Shown here: positions 7,731 to 17,056 of the stretch, piece by piece | Layout: each line of letters opens with the position of its first letter | Position numbering within the stretch: position 1 is the stretch's first letter | Assembly (NCBI GenBank): GCA_963704755.1 | Contig: OY969938.1 | Coordinates: 4,380,001-4,412,000, forward strand | Direction of reading: 5' to 3' | Source of the DNA: an uncultured Chloroflexia bacterium | GTDB lineage: Bacteria > Chloroflexota > Anaerolineae > Anaerolineales > Anaerolineaceae | DNA: 32,000 bases | Program-made: the position numbers and the translations under genes | Notes under the pieces: model-generated | Seen by the model: the letters and a program-made list of their open reading frames with translations, nothing else | Database searches by the model: none | Told to the model about the DNA's origin: nothing

Positions 7731-9401
7731 ATGGACCGAGAACGTTTTATTCAGATGATGGCGGAGGCGAAACTGTACGACCTGACCCAAGGTTGCAGTA
7801 TTTTCACGCCGCCTTTTCCGGGCGATAAGTCTTTGGAAGTCCATTTCTTCAAGCGTGTGACCGGGGCTTATGGCGGGGGCGCCGGCGCCAACGGCATGAT
7901 CCTGAACTGGTCGAACACGGTCGGCACGCACCTGGTCGGTGAAACCGCCTATCATTCCGGCGGGCGAGCCATCGCCGATATCCCGCTGAAAGAGCTGTGT
8001 GGACCGGGCGTGGTGGTAGATATTTCCGACGAGGTCTCGGATTACTCGCTGTATACGCCCGAAATGATCACCAAAAAAGCCGCGGTGAAAAAGGGTGACA
8101 TCCTGATCATTAACACCGGCTACCACAAATATTCCTGGGACCAGCCGGACGTGCGCAACCCGCATGCCCAGGGCGGGGTGGAATCCAAGGAGTTTGGCTT
8201 CCTGGTACGCCACCCCGGGCCTTCGCCTGAGTTCTACCAGTGGGTGATGGATATGGAGCTGAAACTGGTTGGCGTGGACTGCGGCAGCGCCGAACACCCG
8301 ATGAATACCCCCATCCGCCGGCTGCACGAGGCGGAGTTCAAGAAGGCCGAGGCCAAGCTGGTCCAGGATTACGGCAAGACCTGGGACGAAATGTACCCGC
8401 AGGACTGGTATTACGAGCTGACCCACCTGACCATGCCCAAGAAGCATGTCTTGTTTGTCGAATTGATCGTGGGCGATATCGATGAACTCAAGAACCAGCG
8501 CGCCTGGATCATGGTCATGCCAATCCCCTTCATGGAAGTGGAAACGGCCTGGTCACGGGTAGCAGCACTCCAGCCACCGGATGGTTTGGGCGAGGAGGAA
8601 TTCTTCGAGGAAATGGGTAAAGCCCGCATGTTCGATATGAGCGTGCCGTTCTCGGTCCGCTCGCCGCAGTGGGCCAATTACGAGCCGCTGACGGTGAAAT
8701 ATTTCAAGCGGACCGGCGGGGCCTACTTTGGCATGGCCCGTAACGGCTCGATTTGCAACGCTTCGATCCACCTGGCTACCCATATGGATGGGGAGAAACA
8801 CTTCTATCCGGCCGGCCGGACCATTGGGCAGGTGCCGCTGGAGGAATGGGTGGGGCCGGGTGTGGTGGCCGATATTTCCGATGTGGTCAGTAATTCTAGC
8901 GTGTATACCCCCCAGATGATCGAAAAGATAGTGGATATCCACGAGGGCGATATTTTGATCATCAAGACCGGTTGGTACAAACTGGGCTGGAACAGCCCCG
9001 ATTCCGACGAGTTCCGCTACATGATCAAACACCCCGGCCCATCGCCCGATTTTGCCGATTGGGCGGCTAAATTGAAGCTGAAATGGATCGGTGTGGACTG
9101 CGTGGCGGCCGACCACCCGATGAACACCATCCAGCGCATCTGGCACCCCAAGACCTTCGAGGAAGCCAACGCCAAGCTGATGCGTGACTTCGGCAAAGAT
9201 TGGGACGAGATGTACCCGCTGGACCAGTATTACCAGGACATGCACCTGAATCTGTTCCCCAAGAAGATCGTCCATGCCGAAAACCTGGGGAACCAGTTGG
9301 GGGATGTACCCAGCGGGCGCTACTACATCGGCTGCTTTGTCCAGAAGGCCATGGAAGTCGAATCGATGTGGGGCCGTTTTGTAGCTTTCGAAGAAGGCTA
9401 A
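7731..9401 (+). CDS. Fused tandem cyclase-family (kynurenine-formamidase-like, PF04199-type) protein with two homologous halves
   Basis: The start is moved to ATG 7731, which has the RBS GGAGGG at 7721-7726. The earlier ORF start overlaps ylbE. The two halves are internally homologous: LKELCGPGVVVDISDEVSDYSLYTPEMI...GDILIINTGYHK...HPGPSPEFYQWVMDMELKLVGVDCGSAEHPMN versus LEEWVGPGVVADISDVVSNSSVYTPQMI...GDILIIKTGWYK...HPGPSPDFADWAAKLKLKWIGVDCVAADHPMN. Confidence 0.8.
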   Translation: MDRERFIQMMAEAKLYDLTQGCSIFTPPFPGDKSLEVHFFKRVTGAYGGGAGANGMILNWSNTVGTHLVGETAYHSGGRAIADIPLKELCGPGVVVDISDEVSDYSLYTPEMITKKAAVKKGDILIINTGYHKYSWDQPDVRNPHAQGGVESKEFGFLVRHPGPSPEFYQWVMDMELKLVGVDCGSAEHPMNTPIRRLHEAEFKKAEAKLVQDYGKTWDEMYPQDWYYELTHLTMPKKHVLFVELIVGDIDELKNQRAWIMVMPIPFMEVETAWSRVAALQPPDGLGEEEFFEEMGKARMFDMSVPFSVRSPQWANYEPLTVKYFKRTGGAYFGMARNGSICNASIHLATHMDGEKHFYPAGRTIGQVPLEEWVGPGVVADISDVVSNSSVYTPQMIEKIVDIHEGDILIIKTGWYKLGWNSPDSDEFRYMIKHPGPSPDFADWAAKLKLKWIGVDCVAADHPMNTIQRIWHPKTFEEANAKLMRDFGKDWDEMYPLDQYYQDMHLNLFPKKIVHAENLGNQLGDVPSGRYYIGCFVQKAMEVESMWGRFVAFEEG

Positions 9402-9427
9402 ACGGCGACTTTTTTGGAGGAAAAGCA

Positions 9428-10300
9428 ATGAAGCCAGCTCCATTTGATTATTACGCCCCTACCAGCGTAGCGGAGGCCCTGGAGAACCTGCACAAGTTGG
9501 GCTACGATGGGAAAGTACTGGCTGGAGGCCAAAGCCTGATCCCGGCGATGAACTTTCGCATGGCCCGGCCTGCGGCGCTGGTTGACCTGAACAAAATCGG
9601 CGAACTGGCCTTTATCAAACCGGCCGAGGATGGCGGGGTGGTGATCGGCGCCATGACCCGTGACAGCAAGGTCGAAAAAGACCCGCAGGTGGCGGCCCGG
9701 TTCGGGATCATCCCGGAGGTGATGGGTTACATCGCTCACCCACAGATCCGCAACCGGGGTACTTTTGGAGGCGCCATCGCCCACGCCGACCCGGCCGCGC
9801 AGCTCCCGGCGCTGATGGTGGCGCTGAAAGCCAGGATCCACATCGTCAAAAAGGATTCGTGGCGCTGGGTGTCGATCGACGATTTCTTCCTGGGGCCTTT
9901 CATGACGGCCATCGAGCCGGACGAATTGCTCTACGAGGTGGCCATTCCCGGGCTGTCTCCCCATAGTGGGGCTTCTTACCAGCAAGTCGCCCGCCAGCGC
10001 GGCGGTTACGCCCAGGCGGCCGCGATCAGCGTGGTCAGCCTGGACGGAGGCGGGCGCTGCAAAGAGGTTCGCCTGGTACTGTTCAGCGTGGGCGAAACGC
10101 CGATTCTCTCGGCCATTGCGGCAGAAAGCCTGGAGGGCCAGGCCCCGGACCCGGCCTTGATCGCCGCTGTAGCCGTCAAGGTGGCCAGGCAGGAGGTTGA
10201 TCCGGGCTCCGATCTGCACGGTTCAACAGATTACCGGCGCCACCTTGTTGAAGTATTGGCCCGTCGTTCGTTGAGCCAGGCCTGCGAGCGTGCGCAGTAA
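9428..10300 (+). CDS. Molybdopterin-hydroxylase FAD-binding medium subunit (CoxM/CutM-like)
   Basis: ATG at 9428 after a GGAGGA RBS; the longer ORF start overlaps the preceding gene. The sequence MKPAPFDYYAPTSVAEALENL...AGGQSLIPAMNFRMARP...GTFGGAIAHADPAAQLP is typical of the family. Confidence 0.88.
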   Translation: MKPAPFDYYAPTSVAEALENLHKLGYDGKVLAGGQSLIPAMNFRMARPAALVDLNKIGELAFIKPAEDGGVVIGAMTRDSKVEKDPQVAARFGIIPEVMGYIAHPQIRNRGTFGGAIAHADPAAQLPALMVALKARIHIVKKDSWRWVSIDDFFLGPFMTAIEPDELLYEVAIPGLSPHSGASYQQVARQRGGYAQAAAISVVSLDGGGRCKEVRLVLFSVGETPILSAIAAESLEGQAPDPALIAAVAVKVARQEVDPGSDLHGSTDYRRHLVEVLARRSLSQACERAQ

Positions 10301-10312
10301 GGAGAGAAAGCC

Positions 10313-10792
10313 ATGACACAGAAAATGCGAATCGTTGTCACCGTAAATGGGACCCCTTATGAGCGCGAAGTCGAGCCGCGCCTGCTGTTGAGCGATTTCA
10401 TCCGCCACGACCTGGGCCTGACCGGTACCCACGTGGGCTGCGAGCATGGCCTGTGCGGCGCCTGTACCATCCTGTTCGATGGAGAGCCGGCCCGTTCCTG
10501 CATCATGTTCGCGGTTATGGCCGACGGTCACCAGGTGCAGACGGTCGAATCACTGGGCACACCCGAGGAACTACATCCCATCCAACAGGCCTTTCGAGAA
10601 AAACACGCGTTGCAGTGCGGTTTTTGCACGCCGGGCCTGTTGATGACACTGGTCGATTACCTGGGGCATAACCCCCATCCCAGCGACGAGCAGATCCGCG
10701 AGGCAATCGACGGGAACTTTTGCCGTTGCACCGGTTATGAGAACATTGTCGCAGCGGTCAAGCTGGCGGCAGCCAAATTGGCAGCGGATTAG
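10313..10792 (+). CDS. Molybdopterin-hydroxylase [2Fe-2S] small subunit (CoxS/CutS-like)
   Basis: 159 aa with both cluster motifs: CEHGLCGACT and CGFCTPG...CRCTGY. Confidence 0.92.
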   Translation: MTQKMRIVVTVNGTPYEREVEPRLLLSDFIRHDLGLTGTHVGCEHGLCGACTILFDGEPARSCIMFAVMADGHQVQTVESLGTPEELHPIQQAFREKHALQCGFCTPGLLMTLVDYLGHNPHPSDEQIREAIDGNFCRCTGYENIVAAVKLAAAKLAAD

Positions 10793-10818
10793 CCCGGCAG
10801 AATAGAGGAGGTGCAATC

Positions 10819-13167
10819 GTGACCAACAGAGTATTTCATAAATCCATCTTACGAAACGAAGACCCCCAAATTCTGACCGGCCGGGCCGAGTACCTGGATG
10901 ACGTGGAGCTGCCCAACATGCTCTATGCGGCCTTCAAGCGCAGCGATTACGCCCATGCCAGGATCAAGAGCCTGGAGGTTGGGGAAGCGCGTAAAATCCC
11001 GGGGGTCTATGGTGTGTACACCGCCGAGGACTTTGGCGATTACATCCAGCCGGGACCGCTGCAGGTACCTCCGCCGACTGCCATTGCGGGGTCAATCTTT
11101 ACCACGCGCACGACGATGCCGATCGCGGTGGGCAAGGTGCGCTATTCCGGCGAGCCGGTAGCGATCGTACTGGCCGAAAACCGCTATATCGCTGAAGATG
11201 CGCTGGACGCGATCTATCTGGATGTCGAGCCGCTGGAGGCGGTGATCGACCTGGAGAAGGCACTCGAACCCGGCTCACCGCTGGTGCATGAGGATACCGA
11301 ATCCAACCTGGCGGCCAACGTCAAACAGGAACACGGCAATTACGCCGAGGCGGCTGCCGGGGCTGACCTGATCGTCCGGCGCAAGATTTACGCCGACCGG
11401 CAGGCCGGGGCTGCGCTGGAAAACCGCGGCATCCTGGTGGATTGGAATGAACGATCCGGCCAGATGACCATTTGGGCCGGGACGCAGTCGCCGATCACAC
11501 TGCGCAATGCAACTGCTAGCCGGCTGGGTCTGTTCGAGAACCAGGTACGGGTCATCACGCCCTTCACCGGGGGCGGGTTTGGGCCCAAGATCAATACTTC
11601 TTTGCCGGACGACGTGCTGATCACGTACCTGGCCATGAAAGTAGGCCGGCCGGTCAAATGGCTGGAGGACCGTCGTGAGAACTTCCTGGCAACCACCTCC
11701 GAGCGCGACCAGGTCCATTACGCCGAGCTGGCCTTGACCAAAGAAGGCATTATCCTGGGTATGAAGGACGTGTTCTACCATAATTCAGGCGCCTACAACC
11801 CGTACATGATGACCGTGGCGCTGAACACCCAGACTTATACGGTGAGCAACTACCGGGTGCCAAACTTCTACACCGAAATCAAAATGGTGTTCACTAACGA
11901 AATGATCGTTACCCCCGTGCGCGGGGCCGGCCGGCCGCAGGGAGTGTTCGTGATGGAGCGTATGCTGGACGCAGCCGCGAAGGAACTGGGACTCGACCCG
12001 GCCGAGATCCGCCGGCGCAACCTGCTGCGGCCGGATGAGCTGCCTCTGCGCACCGGCATCATCGGCCAGGACTTTGTCGAGGGCGTGCTGGACAGCGGTG
12101 ATTTTCCCCAGGCGCTCGAAAAAGTGATGGACATGATCGGCTACGAGCGCTTCCGCAAAGAAATCCAGCCCAGGCTGCGGGCCGAAGGCAAACACGTGGG
12201 GTTAGGGATTTGCTGTTTTACCGAGGGAACCGCGGTAGGACCGTACGAAGGCGCCAAAGTGACCGTGGGCTCCAGCGGGAAGGTCAACGTGGCGACCGGG
12301 GTGGCTACCCAGGGCCAGGGGCATTACACCTCCTTTGCCCAGATCGTCGCCGAGCAGTTGGGGGTCGAGGTGCAGGACGTGAATGTCATCACCGGCGATA
12401 CGCACCACTTTGCCTGGGGGGCGGGTACTTTCGCCAGCCGGGGCGCGACCGTGGCGGGCACGGCGATCTACCTGGCCTCGCGGAAGGTCCGCGAAAAGAT
12501 CTTCAAAATGTCCAGCAAAATCCTGGATGCGCCCGAGGAGGAGTTGGAACTGGCGGACGGCGTCATTCGTATAGCCGATATCCCCTCGCAGTTCATCACC
12601 CTGGGCGACCTGGCCAACCGGGCCAACCCGATGCGCGGCACGATCGAGCCGGGAGTAGAGCCTGGGTTGGAAGCCGTGGCTTATTACGGCCCACCCTACG
12701 GCGCCACCGGCGCCGGCTGTATGGCCATGATCCTGGACGTGGATGCCGAGACCATGGCGGTGAAGATCGAGCGCCTGGCGATCGTACACGACTGCGGTAC
12801 GACGATCAACCCGATGATCGTGGAGGGGCAAATCCACGGCGGAATTCAAATGGGGATCGGAAATGCCTTTTTCGAAAAAATATTTTATGACGAAAACGGC
12901 CAGCTCTTGACCGCATCTTTTATGGATTATCTCTTCCCGCAGGCCACCGATATGCCGGCCAGGATCGAGATGGGTCACCTGGAGACACCGACGCCGTTGA
13001 ACCCCCTGGGCATCAAGGGCGTGGGGGAGGCTGGGGCAATCCCCGGTCCGGCAGCGTTCAACCAGGCTTTGGAGGATGCCCTTTACGATACCGGCATCGA
13101 GTTGATGGAAACCAACCTTAATCCCAGCAAAATTTTTGGCTATGTCCAAAAGGCCAGGGGCGGCTGA
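10819..13167 (+). CDS. Molybdopterin-hydroxylase large (Mo-cofactor) subunit, xanthine-dehydrogenase family; not a form-I CO dehydrogenase
   Basis: GTG start after a GAGGAGG RBS, 782 aa. Family motifs are RNEDPQILTGRAEYLDD, GGGFGPK, GQGHYTSFAQIVAEQLG and KGVGEAGAIPGPAA. The active-site loop reads TPVRGAGRPQG, not the VAYRCSFR of genuine CODH. Confidence 0.9.
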   Translation: MTNRVFHKSILRNEDPQILTGRAEYLDDVELPNMLYAAFKRSDYAHARIKSLEVGEARKIPGVYGVYTAEDFGDYIQPGPLQVPPPTAIAGSIFTTRTTMPIAVGKVRYSGEPVAIVLAENRYIAEDALDAIYLDVEPLEAVIDLEKALEPGSPLVHEDTESNLAANVKQEHGNYAEAAAGADLIVRRKIYADRQAGAALENRGILVDWNERSGQMTIWAGTQSPITLRNATASRLGLFENQVRVITPFTGGGFGPKINTSLPDDVLITYLAMKVGRPVKWLEDRRENFLATTSERDQVHYAELALTKEGIILGMKDVFYHNSGAYNPYMMTVALNTQTYTVSNYRVPNFYTEIKMVFTNEMIVTPVRGAGRPQGVFVMERMLDAAAKELGLDPAEIRRRNLLRPDELPLRTGIIGQDFVEGVLDSGDFPQALEKVMDMIGYERFRKEIQPRLRAEGKHVGLGICCFTEGTAVGPYEGAKVTVGSSGKVNVATGVATQGQGHYTSFAQIVAEQLGVEVQDVNVITGDTHHFAWGAGTFASRGATVAGTAIYLASRKVREKIFKMSSKILDAPEEELELADGVIRIADIPSQFITLGDLANRANPMRGTIEPGVEPGLEAVAYYGPPYGATGAGCMAMILDVDAETMAVKIERLAIVHDCGTTINPMIVEGQIHGGIQMGIGNAFFEKIFYDENGQLLTASFMDYLFPQATDMPARIEMGHLETPTPLNPLGIKGVGEAGAIPGPAAFNQALEDALYDTGIELMETNLNPSKIFGYVQKARGG

Positions 13168-13219
13168 CGCCCGGCCGAACCATAACTACCCACCCCTTTT
13201 ACACGGAGGAACCTGAAAA

Positions 13220-13856
13220 ATGAAAATCGAAGGTGAGCATCTGATTTAAAGGTCCGAGGGAAGCGGTATGGGAGATGTTCTACGATCCACAGGTGTTAGC
13301 CAGCGCCATCCCTGGAATGGACAAATTGGATCAATTGTCCGAGAACGAATTCCAGGGGATCATGAACCTGCGTATTGGCCCGGTCTCGGGACGGTTCGAG
13401 GGCAAATTAACCCTGGCGGACGTGCTGCCGCCCCAAAGCCTGACCCTGTCCGTGGATGGTCATGGGGCGCCCGGTTTTGCCAGAGGGGTTGGCAAAGTGC
13501 ATTTCAGTGAGACTGATAGTGGCGAGACCTTGATGAAATACGACGGCGACGTAAATATCGGCGGAGCGCTGGCCAGCGTCGGCCAGCGAATGATCGATTT
13601 GGTCAGTAAAAGTATGATCCGCCAGGCATTCGAAATTCTGGATAAGAATTTGGAAGCCCGCCTGACTGCTGAGGAGAGCGGCAGCCAGGTCGTCAACTTC
13701 GCCCCACCCAGCCAGTCTGAAGTTGCGGCTGGTATCGCCAAAGATGTGGTGGGGGATATAACCAAGATAGCCGAGGTCCGAATGCTGATCTACGTGGTTT
13801 CTCTGGTGGCCATTCTGCTGGCAGTGATGTTCATTGTAAAAAGTTGCAGTGGCTGA
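13220..13856 (+). CDS. coxG: CoxG-like SRPBCC protein with a C-terminal membrane anchor; the N-terminus is disrupted by a 1-nt frame change at 13244-13250
   Basis: ORF 13275-13856 reads MFYDPQVLASAIPGMD...GRFEGKL...GGALASVGQRMID, which is CoxG-like. ATG 13220, with RBS GGAGGA, encodes MKIEGEHLI and then a TAA stop. The next frame continues FKGPREAVWEMFYDP, so the canonical CoxG N-terminus is split across two frames. Confidence 0.75.
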
Positions 13857-14077
13857 TTGGCAGATGAGATCCATCCGTAGCGCTCTGGACACGGGAGGAA
13901 GGAGGTAACAGGAGGAGAGAAAATTTTTCCAATCTTCCCTAATGGCGACCGTTTTTTCACCGGTTTGAATTCATCGCTTTATTTTGCTGCCAAAGGAGTT
14001 TGGTGAGATTCCGGGAGCCAGAAACAACCCCAAAATTTCATACAATTTCATATCTTCTGCTAGGGAGGAAGACTTCA

Positions 14078-15505
14078 ATGGCTACCGCAGTTCAGAAAGC
14101 CAAAGTGCTGGGCTATCTGCCTAATGATGCCCCTCCATTTGGTCAAATGGTGTTACTTGGCCTGCAGCACGTGCTCACCATGTTTCCGGCGACGGTGCTG
14201 TGCGCCATTTTGATGAAATTCCCGGTCAGTACGGTGCTGACGGTCACCGGCTTTGGCACAATTGTCTCTCTGCTCGGCTCCAAGCTGGCCATGGGAAAAT
14301 TTATCCCGCTGTACTACGGCTCCAGTTTCAGCTATATCGCCGCTGTAGCGGGCGTTATGGCTAACCTGGGCGTGGCCAGTGATACGCCCGTAGCGCCCCC
14401 CGAAGTCATTTCGATTGTGACCGCCGGGTTCATTGCAACCGGGACGATCAACATCCTGGTGGGACTGATCATCCGCCTGTCAGGTGGGAAAGACGCGATC
14501 GATAAAGTGCTGCCGCCGATCATCACCGGCCCGGTGGCCTGTACCATCGGGGTAGGGCTGGGCTATTCGGCCCTTTCGATGGCTGCGGGTACTTGCTGCG
14601 GTGTGGATCCGGTGGCAACACCCAATGTGACCCTGACCTGGTGGGCACTCGCATTCGTCACCTTGCTGGCAGCCTTCATCCTGTCGGTCTACCTGCAAGG
14701 TAAAGGCTTCATCGGAATGCTGCCCATCCTGCTGGCCACAATCGTCGGGTATATCTTCGCGGCCGCGATTGGCATGGTCAACTGGGCGGCTTTCGGGCAG
14801 CAGGCGTTCTTGCGTGCGCCGCAGCTCACTTTTCCAACGTTCAACAGCGTCTGGACGGTGACGGTCATATTCAGCGTGGGCATTATGGCCATCGCTACCA
14901 TTCCTGAATCGACCGCACACCTGTACCAGATCAGCCTGTATGTGGATCACCTGGCCGAGGAGCAGGGCCGGGAAAAATATCACCTGGACCGTTTCATCGG
15001 GCTCAACCTGATGCTGGATGGCCTGGATGACCTGATCAACGGCCTCTTCGGCTCGACCGCCGGTACCAATTACGGTGAGAACAACTCGTTGATGGTGATC
15101 TCACGCAACTACTCCGGCCCATCCCTGCTGACCGCCGGTGTGATTGCCATGATGCTGGGGTTCTTTGGCCCACTGGAGGAGGCGGTCAACTCGATTCCCA
15201 CGGCAGTCATTGGCGGGCTGATGATTTACCTGTTCGGGGTCATCGGTATGCAAGGTATCGCCTTGATGATTGCCGAAAAGGTCAATTTGTACGACCCCAA
15301 ACAGTTGGCCATCGGCGCCTCGATCTTGATTATCGGGATTGGCGGAAACATTGGCTTCTCGGGCGGGTTTATCCCGGTGCCACTTCTGCAGGGCATCTTC
15401 CCGTCCGGATGGCCGGCCATTGCCACCGGCGCCGTGGTGGGTATTCTGCTCAATCTGATCACGGTTTTCTGGAAGCCACCTGTGGTGCGGGAAGAGGTTG
15501 GCTGA
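14078..15505 (+). CDS. Nucleobase:cation symporter-2 (NCS2, uracil/xanthine permease family) transporter
   Basis: ATG at 14078 after a GGGAGGAAG RBS. The sequence FGQMVLLGLQHVLTMFPATVL plus about 12 or more hydrophobic segments and ...GENNSLMVISRNYS... are typical of NCS2. Confidence 0.85.
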   Translation: MATAVQKAKVLGYLPNDAPPFGQMVLLGLQHVLTMFPATVLCAILMKFPVSTVLTVTGFGTIVSLLGSKLAMGKFIPLYYGSSFSYIAAVAGVMANLGVASDTPVAPPEVISIVTAGFIATGTINILVGLIIRLSGGKDAIDKVLPPIITGPVACTIGVGLGYSALSMAAGTCCGVDPVATPNVTLTWWALAFVTLLAAFILSVYLQGKGFIGMLPILLATIVGYIFAAAIGMVNWAAFGQQAFLRAPQLTFPTFNSVWTVTVIFSVGIMAIATIPESTAHLYQISLYVDHLAEEQGREKYHLDRFIGLNLMLDGLDDLINGLFGSTAGTNYGENNSLMVISRNYSGPSLLTAGVIAMMLGFFGPLEEAVNSIPTAVIGGLMIYLFGVIGMQGIALMIAEKVNLYDPKQLAIGASILIIGIGGNIGFSGGFIPVPLLQGIFPSGWPAIATGAVVGILLNLITVFWKPPVVREEVG

Positions 15506-15590
15506 CGTGTTTGGGCCTGAGAAAGCTTGATTTTCTGATTTATTCTCCCGTCCCAACCTCATGGATGAAATCTGGAATGTTCTTATTCAA

Positions 15591-15636
15591 GGCTCCCGAT
15601 GACCGAGGAGAAGTCGGGAGCCTGACCATCCTTTTG
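15591..15636 (+). terminator. Hairpin, possible terminator of the catabolic operon
   Basis: GGCTCCCGA (15591-15599) pairs with TCGGGAGCC (15614-15622) across a 14-nt loop. The T-run (CCTTTTG) only begins 10 nt after the stem, so it is non-canonical. Confidence 0.4.
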
Positions 15637-15655
15637 TCGATTTAAGGCAGGCAAA

Positions 15656-16521
15656 ATGATTCTCTTACCGGCGCAGCCGGGAAAACCGGGAAGGCAGTTC
15701 TTCAGGCCCTGCATGAAAAAAAGCAAGTTGTGCGGGCGCTCGTCCATCGCCCGGACCAGATCGAGCCCGTGCAGATGCTCGGCGCGCAGGAGGTTTTCTG
15801 GGGCGACCTGAGGGAATCACAGACTGCTCAGAAGGCGCTGGCAGATTGTTCGGCGATTTACCACATCTGTTCGAATATGAACCCGGATGAGCTGGTGATC
15901 GGCCGGATGGTTATCCAGGCCGCAGTCAACGCCGGCGTAAAGAAGTTTGTTTACCATTCGGTGCTGCATCCGCAGGTAGAGGATATGCCGCACCACTGGC
16001 ATAAAATGCAGGTCGAACAGTCTTTGTTCAGCTCGGGATTGACCTATGTGATCTTACAGCCGTCCGCGTACATGCAAAACATACAAGGCTATTGGAAAGA
16101 GATGGTCACGAAGGGACGGTATACCGTGCCGTACCAGGTCACTTCACGCCAGAGCCTGGTGGATTTGCAGGATGTGGCCCAGGCGGCGACCCTGGCGCTG
16201 ACCGGTGCGGACCACGACTTTGCGACCTATGAATTATGCGGCCGGCAGGCATTCTCCGCCCAGGAGATTGCCGGACTGGCTTCGGCGCATCTCGGCCGGG
16301 CGGTAACGGCTTACAGCCTGGGCCGGTCCAATTGGGAGGCAGAGGCGCGCCAGGCAGGTATGCCTGAATATACGCTTCAAACGTTGTTAAAGATGTTTGT
16401 TTACTACGAAGCCCATGATTTTGTGGGCAACGCAAACGTGCTGGAATGGCTGCTGGGTCGCCAGGCGGCTACCCTGGAGGATTACCTGGATCGATTGACC
16501 GCTACCGGATTTTCGGGGTGA
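15656..16521 (+). CDS. NmrA-like NAD(P)-binding protein; the Rossmann N-terminus is out of frame with the only start codon (apparent 1-nt deletion near 15664-15667)
   Basis: ORF 15730-16521 is NmrA/SDR-a-like. The same frame read upstream gives ...LTGAAGKTGKAVLQALHEKKQVV (a GxxGxxG loop) but has no start codon. ATG 15656 (MILL..) lies one base out of frame. Confidence 0.7.
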
Positions 16522-16530
16522 GGATGAGGA

Positions 16531-17031
16531 ATGTATAAAGAAAAAAGCCAGCTCTACAATTACACCCGTGAAGCCCTACCCACCCTTTTTCATTCACAGA
16601 CCGAAGGATTCATGCAATATGCGGAGAAGGACGGGACGAAATTCCTTAAATTCTGGTGGGACCACCTGGGTGAGCGCCTGGCCGATGAACTTTGCTCTCC
16701 TTTTATTGGGGTTCAAGTCGAAATCCGGGAGCTGCCCGAGCGTAAATCGCGAATGGTGATGGTCAAGCTGCCGCCGGTGACGGCCTATGAAGATTTTCAT
16801 TATATGGCGTTCATCGAGCTGCCTAAAAAGCGCTATCCGATGATGATGCGGATCCCGAACACGCGGATTGTCGCCCTGGCGCATGTGCCATTGGAAAAGA
16901 GCGACAGCGGGACATTATTATATGAAATCACACCACGAGGCAGGGTCCTGCCGGTAGCGAAAGGGCCCAAACCGGGCAAAGAAGCCTTTTATAAAGCCGT
17001 TTTGAGCTATATCTGGAAAGGAAAGAACTAA
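16531..17031 (+). CDS. Hypothetical protein (166 aa), no family recognised
   Basis: The ORF starts 10 nt after the preceding gene with a GAGGATGAGG RBS region. Composition is coding-like and there is no competing ORF. Confidence 0.6.
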   Translation: MYKEKSQLYNYTREALPTLFHSQTEGFMQYAEKDGTKFLKFWWDHLGERLADELCSPFIGVQVEIRELPERKSRMVMVKLPPVTAYEDFHYMAFIELPKKRYPMMMRIPNTRIVALAHVPLEKSDSGTLLYEITPRGRVLPVAKGPKPGKEAFYKAVLSYIWKGKN

Positions 17032-17056
17032 CCGAGAATTCCGATTTTTTCGCTGA

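Noticed and set aside
521-13149. Long antisense or alternative-frame ORFs inside confidently assigned genes (e.g. 521-1045+, 1537-2202+, 6421-7161+, 6938-7600-, 7638-8447-, 8553-9443-, 9398-10219-, 12202-13149-, 12210-12890+)
   Set aside because: These are typical shadow ORFs of GC-rich DNA. Their translations are Arg/Gly/Pro/Ala-rich low-complexity sequence, and each is fully contained in a gene with strong family signatures on the other strand or frame.
9428-13856. Aerobic carbon-monoxide dehydrogenase (coxMSL + coxG)
   Set aside because: The large subunit lacks the form-I CODH active-site loop (VAYRCSFR) and has VRGAGRPQG instead. The context (nucleobase permease, FdrA/YlbE, amidohydrolase-like cyclase) points to an N-heterocycle hydroxylase.
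13857-14077. Purine or xanthine riboswitch upstream of the NCS2 permease
   Set aside because: I could not find the conserved purine-riboswitch core (the U-rich three-way junction with complementary loop-loop motifs) or any other class I can recognise by eye. This needs a covariance-model scan before any claim.
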